DNA of 64,000 nt from an uncultured beta proteobacterium (GTDB lineage Bacteria > Pseudomonadota > Gammaproteobacteria > Burkholderiales > Casimicrobiaceae): assembly GCA_963708855.1 (NCBI GenBank), contig CAVPUM010000003.1, positions 50,407 to 114,406 on the forward strand, given 5' to 3'. Below are positions 54,486-64,000 of the stretch, piece after piece. The stretch's first letter is position 1, and each line of letters opens with the position of its first letter. Made by a program: the position numbers and the translations under genes. Below the pieces are notes generated by a model that was given only the letters and a program-made list of their open reading frames with translations, made no database searches and was not told the origin of the DNA.

Positions 54486-55556
54486 TCATCGGCCCGGCCG
54501 GGGTGGTGGCCTCACGGCGCGGCCGCCGGCTGCGAGCCGGCGCGTCTCGCCGATCTTCAGCACGTCGAACTGATCCGGCGTGAGTCCGCGCTCCTGCCGC
54601 TGCCGGGCGAGCACGATGGGCGGCTCGTCCAGCGGCTCGTCGGCGAGCGACTCGAACGTGCCCCAGTGCATGCCGATCGCGCGCGCTGCCTTGAGGTCGG
54701 CGCGAACCTGCACGGCTTCGGGAACGTCGACGTGCATCACTTTCATGAACCAGCGCGGAGCGTACGATCCGATGGGGATGAAGGCCATGTCGAAAGGGCC
54801 CAGACGCTCGCCGATGTCGCGAAAATCCTTCGAATAGCCGGTGTCGCCCGTGTGGATGAGCCGAAGCCCCTCGCCTTCGACGACCCAGCCGCCCCAGAGC
54901 GTCTGGTTGGCGTCGTCGAGCCTGCGCTTGCTCCAGTGCTGCACCGGCACGAACGTCACGCGAAGATCGCCCTCGGCGTCTCCTGCCACCAGTCGTATTC
55001 GTCGACACGCGTGATGCCGAGGGTGGCGAACCAGGCCTTCAGTCCAAGCGGGACGAGAAAGCGCGGACTGCCCTGCGGCATGGCGGCAAGCCGCGTCACC
55101 GACTCGAGCGTCGAGGTGGTCGTAGTGGTTGTGCGAGATCAGCACGACATCTATCCGCGGCAATTCCGGAATGTCGATGGGCAGGGGCACGATGCGTTTC
55201 GGGCCCGCGAAGCCCACCGGCGACGCGCGTTCCGAGAAGATCGGATCGAAGAGAATGTTCTTGCCGGCGAGACGGACGAGCATCGTCGCGTGTCCGACCC
55301 ACGTCACCGACGGGTTGGCATCGGAGGCGCCAAGCGCGACGGGATCCGTTCGCACCGCCGGCAGGTTCCAGCCGCCCGGCGGCGGCTTCGGCAGCCCGTC
55401 CCGCATGCGCACCCACTGCCAGGACCAGAAGCTCTCCTTGTCGGGGTGCGGGTAGTTGTTGCGAAAGCCGTCCGGCCCCGTGGGCGCGGGCTGTGCCCAA
55501 GCAAAGCTCGCGCCGGTGGCAAGGAAATACACGGCGCAGGAAAGGAGGAGGCGCAT
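54486..55556 (-). pseudogene. secreted MBL-fold hydrolase (NAPE-PLD-like), two compensating frame breaks
   Basis: Signal peptide MRLLLSCAVYFLATGASFAWA. VTWVGHATML, ISHNHYDHLD, then ~45 out-of-frame residues, then VTFVPVQHWS, IHTGDTGY, MHWGTF. Confidence 0.75.
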
Positions 55557-55614
55557 CGGGTCAAGGTAGGATAGATTCCGCGGTGAGACGCACTCTAGCC
55601 GAGAATCGTTCCCG

Positions 55615-56418
55615 ATGGATAAAAGGCTCGACCGTGCCCGCGCGCTGCTGTCGGCCGCCAAGCGCGTTGCCGCGCTGACGGGCGCCGGCATCTCCGCCGA
55701 ATCGGGCATCCCCACGTTTCGCGACGCGATGAGCGCCGCCGGGCCGCCCCAAGGCGCTCGCCCCCCTGGGGGGGAGCGTCGCGAAGCGACGATCGGGGGG
55801 GATCACACCGCGGGGCTATGGTCGCAGTTCCGGCCCGAGGACCTCGCCACACCCGAGGCGTTCGCGGCGAACCCGAAGACGGTGTGGGAGTGGTACGCGT
55901 CGCGGCGCGAACGGGTGGCGAAGGTCGCGCCCAACGCGGGCCATCTTGCGCTCGCCGAACTCGAGCGGCGCACTCCCCACTTCACGCTCATCACGCAGAA
56001 TGTGGACGGGCTGCACGCGCGGGCCGGCAGCCGCCGCGTGATCGAGCTTCACGGCAACATCATGGTCGACCAGTGTTTCGCCGAAGGGCGCGTCCTGGCA
56101 CCGGCCGACCAGATTCCAGGAACGCCGCCGCGGTGCGCGCGGTGCGGCGCGCCCGTGCGCCCGGGGGTGGTCTGGTTCGGCGAAGCGCTGCCGCCGCAGG
56201 CGCTCGACGACGCTCTTGCCGCAACGGAGCGCTGCGACGTGTTCCTTTGCATCGGCACGTCGAACGTGGTCGAGCCCGCGGCGTCGTTGCCGTTCGCCGC
56301 GCTCGAGGCAGGCGCCGCGGTGATCGAGGTGAACCCCGCGCGCACACCGCTTTCAGCGCGGGCGACGATCGTGCTCACGGGTGCCGCGGGTGAAGTACTG
56401 CCGCAGCTGCTGCGTTAG
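55615..56418 (+). CDS. cobB: NAD-dependent protein deacylase (CobB/Sir2) carrying an in-frame ~26-aa insertion
   Basis: GAGISAESGIPTFRDA, QNVDGLH, ELHGN, Zn ribbon CARCG, CIGTS. The insertion lies between FRDA and GLW. Confidence 0.85.
   Translation: MDKRLDRARALLSAAKRVAALTGAGISAESGIPTFRDAMSAAGPPQGARPPGGERREATIGGDHTAGLWSQFRPEDLATPEAFAANPKTVWEWYASRRERVAKVAPNAGHLALAELERRTPHFTLITQNVDGLHARAGSRRVIELHGNIMVDQCFAEGRVLAPADQIPGTPPRCARCGAPVRPGVVWFGEALPPQALDDALAATERCDVFLCIGTSNVVEPAASLPFAALEAGAAVIEVNPARTPLSARATIVLTGAAGEVLPQLLR
55729..55812. repeat. GC-rich palindromic element inserted in-frame in cobB
   Basis: Same 18-nt head CGCCGGGCCGCCCCAAGG as the element at 31845. Hairpins CGCTCGCCCCCC-T-GGGGGGGAGCG and CGTCGC-GAA-GCGACG, then ATCGGGGGGG. 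Confidence 0.75.
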
Positions 56419-56421
56419 CGA

Positions 56422-57545
<1,124 letters not shown>

Positions 57546-57549
<4 letters not shown>

Positions 57550-58121
57550 CGCGGTTGTTCGCTCATCAGGAACTCACCCTCTTCCCATTTGGTCACGCCG
57601 TAGCGGGAAACGTTCACCTGCGGGCTCCAGAAATCCGCCGGCAGTCCCGCCTTGCGCTTCAGCGCCGCCAGGAAGCCGCGCGGGTCGGGGAGCGATTCCC
57701 ACACCTGGGGAAGGAACGTCGCGCGATGGTGGCCGTACTCGAGCACCAAGCCGTCGATGTCCGGGCGCAGCCGTGCGAGCAGGTCCGATTCGTCGCGGAC
57801 GTCAAGGCGCTCGTCGGCGGACAGCAGCGACACCTCGACCATGGTGGCCTCGAACTCGACGACGGCGAGCGGCGGAAAGCGAGGGTCGCGGAACGCGGCG
57901 GCGATCGCGTTTGCCCGGACGTCCACGCCGAGCGGACGCATGGGTTTCAGCGAGCCGATGCAGCCGCGTAACTCGCCCGCCAGCTTCAGCGTCACGAACG
58001 TGGCGGCAGGCTCCGTCAGCGCGGCATGGCTCGCTGCCGCGAACGGGCGCAAGCCGAGCTCCGCACCGATCGCCGAGCGGGCGATCGCCAGCAGCGCGCG
58101 GCCGAGATCAGGATCGTTCAT
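57546..58121 (-). CDS. AmmeMemoRadiSam system protein A (AMMECR1 domain)
   Basis: ATFVTLKLAGELRGCIGSL, FRDPRFPPL, ATFLPQVW. Confidence 0.85.
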
Positions 58122-58969
58122 GACGAGGCTCGCTGGTGTTGCGGGTCGGACCCGGGCTCGGCGAACGCGAACGCCGCATAGCCGACCACGCGCGACTTGT
58201 CGCCCGCGGTGTCTCCGGAGTTGCGCAAGTCGAGAAGCTCCGCCTGCATTCCGTGCCGGCGTGCCGCCAGCAGCAACCCGTTGATGGGCGTCGCGCCGCA
58301 GGCCTGCTCGTGATCGAGCGTGGCCGAGAGCGCGAGTATCGCCTCGCCGGTCGCGCGATCGATCTCGCGGGCGTCCGCGTAGCGGTGGTAGTGCGACAAA
58401 TCGGAGCTGACGACAATCAGAGTCTCCGGGCCACCCCAGAGCAACTCGACGACTTCGGCCACCTCGGCCGGTGTCGCGTCGCCGACAGCGAAGGGCACGA
58501 TGCTGAAGTTGGCAAGCACTGCCTGGAGGAAAGGTAGCTGCACTTCAAGCGAGTGCTCGAACGCGTGCGCCGCGTCGCTCGCGCGCACCTGCGGCAGTGT
58601 CAGCGCGGTGGCGGCGCTCTGGCGATCGACGTCCACGGTTCCCAGCGGCGTGGCGAATGCCCGCGCCGACGGCAGCGCGAGGCCGCGGATCGGCACGCGA
58701 TGTGTCGGCCCGAGCAGCACGACGCGCCGGATCGCGTCGCGCCCGGCGGCGAGCCGCGCGTACGCGGCAGCCGCGATCGGACCCGAAAAGGCATAGCCGG
58801 CATGCGGCGCGATCAGCGCCTTGGGAGCGGCGCCCACCGGCGAAATCCGGGATCTCGCCCCTGCGAGATGCGCGCGCACCTCCGCTGCCAGCGCCGACGG
58901 CGCATCGGAATAGAACATGCCGGCCACGGCGGCAGGACGTACATCAGGCATCGCATTGATCCCTTTCAT
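58118..58969 (-). CDS. AmmeMemoRadiSam system protein B (MEMO1 family)
   Basis: VAGMFY, IAPHAGYAFSG, EHSLEVQLPFL, VSSDLSHY, ACGATPI. Start ATG 58969 or 58951. Confidence 0.85.
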   Translation of the reverse strand: MKGINAMPDVRPAAVAGMFYSDAPSALAAEVRAHLAGARSRISPVGAAPKALIAPHAGYAFSGPIAAAAYARLAAGRDAIRRVVLLGPTHRVPIRGLALPSARAFATPLGTVDVDRQSAATALTLPQVRASDAAHAFEHSLEVQLPFLQAVLANFSIVPFAVGDATPAEVAEVVELLWGGPETLIVVSSDLSHYHRYADAREIDRATGEAILALSATLDHEQACGATPINGLLLAARRHGMQAELLDLRNSGDTAGDKSRVVGYAAFAFAEPGSDPQHQRASS

Positions 58970-59128
58970 AGCTTCTTAAATTGGGGCGACACCGCTGCCA
59001 ATCAAGACCTTGGGAAGGCTCCGAACGGAACACGGGGCCGTTCTCGAGGTAGCGCCGATGGCGAGCGCGTCGCGCCACCTTGCCGAGCCACTTTGCGCTC
59101 ACGGCACGCTGCGCCCGGCCCTGTCGGC

Positions 59129-59992
59129 TCAATCGCCGTTCGATGCGAGCCGGACGAGATAGCCACCTGATTTCTCGTCGCGCTCGAGCTTGAGGCTGCC
59201 ACGCCGCTCGGCTTCCTCGAGCATGCCATTGAACGAGCGGAATCCATAGTACGACTCGTTGAAGCCGGGTTTGCGCCGCTTCAACGCCTGCTTGACCATC
59301 GAGCCCCAGATCTTCTCCTCGTCACCGCGCTCCGCGCCCAGGGCCTCGATCGTCTCGAGGATGAGGTCGAGCGCTTCCTGCCGGCGCTCTTCGTCGCTCT
59401 TCTTGCCCGGAGCCGGCGCGTCCGCGGCCGTCTCCTTCGCCGCCGCCTTCGGCGCCGGTTTCGCGGTGCTGGCGGGCGTGCGCGCCGGCGCCTTGCGCGG
59501 CGTCGCCTTCTTCTTCTCGCGGACGAGGTCGTCGTAGAAGATGAACTCGTCGCAATTCGCGATCAGCAGGTCCGACGTCGAATTCTTCACGCCGACGCCG
59601 ATCACGACCTTGTCGTTCTCGCGCAGCTTGGAGACGAGCGGCGAGAAGTCCGAGTCGCCGCTGATGATGACGAAGGTCTCGACGTGCGACTTCGTGTAGC
59701 ACAGGTCGAGCGCGTCGACGACCATCCGGATGTCGGCGGAATTCTTGCCGGATTGCCGCACGTGCGGGATCTCGATCAGCTCGAACGACGCCTCGTGCAT
59801 CGGCGCCTTGAACGACTTGTAGCGCTCCCAGTCGCAGTAAGCCTTCTTCACGACGATGCTGCCCTTGAGCAGCAGCCGCTCCAGCACCTTGCCGATGTCG
59901 AACTTGTCGTATTTGGCGTCCTGCACGCCGAGCGCGATGTTCTCGAAATCGCAGAACAGCGCCATGTTGGTCACTTCGGGCGGGTGGGCCAT
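59129..59992 (-). CDS. NYN (LabA-like) domain protein with C-terminal OST-HTH/LOTUS domain
   Basis: ALFCDFENI, KNSADIRMVVDA, IISGDSDFSPLV. A Lys/Ala/Pro linker, then IWGSMVKQALKRRKPGFNESYYGFRSF. Start uncertain (59992, 60010 or 59965). Confidence 0.75.
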   Translation of the reverse strand: MAHPPEVTNMALFCDFENIALGVQDAKYDKFDIGKVLERLLLKGSIVVKKAYCDWERYKSFKAPMHEASFELIEIPHVRQSGKNSADIRMVVDALDLCYTKSHVETFVIISGDSDFSPLVSKLRENDKVVIGVGVKNSTSDLLIANCDEFIFYDDLVREKKKATPRKAPARTPASTAKPAPKAAAKETAADAPAPGKKSDEERRQEALDLILETIEALGAERGDEEKIWGSMVKQALKRRKPGFNESYYGFRSFNGMLEEAERRGSLKLERDEKSGGYLVRLASNGD

Positions 59993-60191
59993 GATGGATT
60001 TCGGGCGCATCCGCGCCCGGCCATGAAGGGTTGGCGACCGAGCGGCGGCCGCATTCCGCAACGATAGCAGCCCCGGCGAACCGGCGCGACCTTGATCACG
60101 GACAAGACCCGGTCCGGCGGGTCTTTGGAAAATGGAAGGGGAGGCGCCCGGACGGGCGGGGTAGGCTATCCATCGACATCAGGGGGGAACC

Positions 60192-60584
60192 ATGAGAATC
60201 GCAACCGCAATCGCGTTGACAGCCCTCGCAGGGGCGGCACTCGCTGCGGCCCCTGACTGGCAGCCGCTTGGGGAGAACGCGAACGGCAACAAGGTCTACG
60301 TCGACAAGGCGAGCCTCAAGGCGACCGGCGGCACGACGACCGTGACGTTCCGCACGGAACTCAAGACGCCGGTCGACACGCTGCAGGGCGGCATCACCAG
60401 CATGCGCTCGCAGATGCGCGTGCGCTGCAAGGACATGATGGCTGCCGGCATCGAAGTGATCCTGTTCGAGAACGAGGCGAAGAATCAGGCGTTCGCCCGC
60501 AACAAGGCCACGAAGATCGAGTACCTGAAGGAGCCCGAGGGCAGCTCCGCGGACCTCGTCATCAAGCACGTCTGCAAGAAGTAG
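60192..60584 (+). CDS. small secreted hypothetical protein
   Basis: GGGGGAA RBS. Signal peptide MRIATAIALTALAGAALAAA. 130 aa with two Cys. No confident family. Confidence 0.5.
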   Translation: MRIATAIALTALAGAALAAAPDWQPLGENANGNKVYVDKASLKATGGTTTVTFRTELKTPVDTLQGGITSMRSQMRVRCKDMMAAGIEVILFENEAKNQAFARNKATKIEYLKEPEGSSADLVIKHVCKK

Positions 60585-60648
60585 CCGGCGCGGCGCCGCC
60601 GGCGAGGGACGGGCCCGACCGCCGCGCCCGTGTGCGGCCGCGCGGCGA

Positions 60649-62274
<1,626 letters not shown>

Positions 62275-62495
62275 CTGCGGCCTGAAGTGAGCCCGGCAAG
62301 CGCGGAGCTCCGGCGGGCATACTACAAAGTCCTCGCCGGACAATCCTTGATCCAGGGCAGGTCTGCGGTCCGGTGCGCCGGATTTCCGGCCGGGCCGACC
62401 CTGACCTGCGCGCAGACGGTCGCCCCGGCAACCTCCTCGCCCGACGGAGAGTCCAGGCGTTACACTGGACGCGACTTGCCAACCCCGCGCGCGAC

Positions 62496-63164
62496 ATGAA
62501 TCCACCCGTTCTCTCGCTGCTCGAGACCCGCGTCCTCGGCGTGCTGGTCGAGAAGCAGCACACGGTGCCCGACACCTACCCGCTCACGCTGCTCGCGCTC
62601 ACCTCGGGCTGCAACCAGAAGACGAGCCGCGATCCTGTGCTCAACGCGGGCGAAGCCGAAGTGCAGGCGGCGCTCGATCACCTGAAGTCGCTTTCTTTCA
62701 TCGTGGAGACGAGCGGCGGCCGCGTCATGCGCTATGCGCACAACGTCGAGCGCGTGCTGCTGGTCCCTTCGCAGGCGGTGGCGCTGATCGCCGCCCTGAT
62801 GCTGCGCGGCCCGCAAACCGTGGGCGAGCTGCGGATCAACTGCGACCGCCTGCATCGCTTCGCCGACACCTCCGCGGTAGAGGGATTTCTGCACGAGCTC
62901 GCGGCTCGGCCACCCGGCGCACTGGTGGTCGAGTTGCCGCGCCAGCCCGGCGCGCGCGAAACGCGATGGGCGCACCTGCTGTCCGGCCCGCCTGCCGCGG
63001 AGACCCTGTTGCACGCCGCGCTCGGCGAATCCGGGACCGATCCCGCAGGCGCATCGGACATCGCCGTGCTGAAATCGAATGTCGCGCAAATACAGGCCGA
63101 GCTTGCGACGCTGAAGGCGGCCGTCGCGAAGCTGCGCGCCGAGCTCGGGGTCGCCGAAGACTGA
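62496..63164 (+). CDS. yceH: YceH/DUF480 family protein
   Basis: LSLLETRVLGVLVEKQHTVPDTYPLTLLALTSGCNQKTSRDPV, MLRGPQTVGELR, C-terminal coiled-coil tail. Confidence 0.8.
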   Translation: MNPPVLSLLETRVLGVLVEKQHTVPDTYPLTLLALTSGCNQKTSRDPVLNAGEAEVQAALDHLKSLSFIVETSGGRVMRYAHNVERVLLVPSQAVALIAALMLRGPQTVGELRINCDRLHRFADTSAVEGFLHELAARPPGALVVELPRQPGARETRWAHLLSGPPAAETLLHAALGESGTDPAGASDIAVLKSNVAQIQAELATLKAAVAKLRAELGVAED

Positions 63165-63314
63165 ACGGTCCGGACGCGCCCGGAATGGCGCTGCGCGACG
63201 GCGCTTGTCCTCACCGCACCGGCTGCACGATAATGCAGTATTGGTCGCCCGACCGGCATCCCATCCGGCACGGCGCGCGGCCACCTTCGACACCCATCCG
63301 CTTCCGGGAGATTC

Positions 63315-64000
63315 ATGGACATTCCACGCATGCTCGAAACCGCGGGCCCGATGCTTATCGCGTTCGGCCTGAAACTCCTGGGCGCGATCGCCGCCTACAT
63401 CGTCGGCCGGATGCTGATCGGGTTCGCGTCGAACCTCGTCCAGCGCGCGCTCGAGCGGCAGAAAGTCGAGCCGACGGTGATCCGCTACATCGGGTCCATC
63501 CTCACGGTCGCGCTCAACATCATCCTGGTCGTCGCGATCCTCGGCTACTTCGGCGTCGAGACGACGTCGTTCGCCGCGCTGGTCGCGGGCCTCGGCATCG
63601 CGGTGGGCGCGGCCTGGGGCGGCCTGCTGTCGAATTTCGCCGCGGGCGTGTTCATACTGGTCCTGCGGCCGTTCAAGGTCGGCGACTACGTGCTGGCCGG
63701 CGACGTCGAAGGCACGGTGCGGATGCTCGGGCTCTTCAACACGACGATCGACTCGCCCGACAACGTGCAGACGATGGTCGGCAACACGAAGATCATGGGC
63801 GGGACGATCAAGAATTTCACCCACAATCCGTACCGCCGCGTCGACCTCACGGCCCAGCTCGACCACAGCGTCGATCCGGCCGACGCGGTGCGCCGGCTGA
63901 AGGAAGCGCTGCCGAAGATCGCCAACGTCGTCGCCGCGCCCGCGCCCGACGTCGAGATCATCTCGTTCAACGAGCGCGGTCCGGTGCTCGCGGTGCGGCC
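63315..64000 (+). CDS. MscS-family mechanosensitive channel (3' end outside window)
   Basis: GGGAG RBS before ATG 63315. Three TM helices, then the pore-helix/beta-domain motif GIAVGAAWGGLLSNFAAGVFILVLRPFKVGDYV...G.V. The frame is open to the window end, so it is absent from the ORF track. Confidence 0.8.
   Translation, partial: MDIPRMLETAGPMLIAFGLKLLGAIAAYIVGRMLIGFASNLVQRALERQKVEPTVIRYIGSILTVALNIILVVAILGYFGVETTSFAALVAGLGIAVGAAWGGLLSNFAAGVFILVLRPFKVGDYVLAGDVEGTVRMLGLFNTTIDSPDNVQTMVGNTKIMGGTIKNFTHNPYRRVDLTAQLDHSVDPADAVRRLKEALPKIANVVAAPAPDVEIISFNERGPVLAVR

Noticed and set aside
55615-56418. Sir2-domain gene as an anti-phage (Thoeris/DSR-type) effector
   Set aside because: It is a compact CobB-type sirtuin with the Zn ribbon and no fused sensor or effector domain, and no ThsB/TIR or other defence partner is nearby. 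The only oddity is the repeat insertion, reported separately.

Overview
GC-rich bacterial chromosomal window. It looks betaproteobacterial or Burkholderiales-like, based on a Bug/TctC receptor, birA-coaX-SPOR synteny and regBA. I support about 60 protein genes, one tRNA-Gly(CCC), one TPP riboswitch, two intrinsic terminators and several repeat families. I saw no CRISPR array, transposase, integrase or prophage gene.

Gene blocks in order:
- 1-9.7 kb: a c-type cytochrome and redox island. It holds a membrane monohaem protein, a dihaem c fusion, two tandem small cytochromes c, regBA, and an orphan operon of an 11-haem protein, a cytochrome b and an 8-haem protein.
- 9.9-29 kb: housekeeping genes (tctC, metH, rhodanese, GNAT, SPOR, coaX, birA, IMPase, GST, VOC, tRNA, M20 peptidase, thiC, rlu, mazG).
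- 30.3-35.9 kb: a complete nickel-pincer cofactor set (larB, larE, larC, larA) plus a second, divergent LarA homologue.
- 36-42 kb: a GlpV-type ABC importer with a DUF2160 gene.
- 42.1-44.1 kb: a decayed DUF2868/DUF3482-GTPase pair bracketed by 68-bp direct repeats.
- 44.3-50.9 kb: a glutathione peroxidase plus a furan/cyclopropane fatty-acid-type cluster (FAD oxidoreductase, DUF1365, CFA synthase, chalcone-isomerase-like, MFS, DUF3833).
- 50.9-54.5 kb: a divergent pair of an acyl-ACP-reductase-like fusion protein and an Fe-alcohol dehydrogenase.
- 54.5-64 kb: an MBL hydrolase, cobB carrying an in-frame repeat insertion, the AmmeMemoRadiSam triad, a NYN-LOTUS protein, a TPP decarboxylase, yceH and an mscS-family gene.

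Major caveat: about 20 genes, including essential ones, need one or more reading-frame changes to give their recognisable products. The breaks are patchy and at least one sits at a homopolymer, so assembly indels are the simplest explanation.

Most interesting candidates: the orphan multihaem/cytochrome b module, the AAR-like fusion with Fe-ADH, the dual-LarA locus, the AmmeMemoRadiSam operon, and two GC-rich repeat families.
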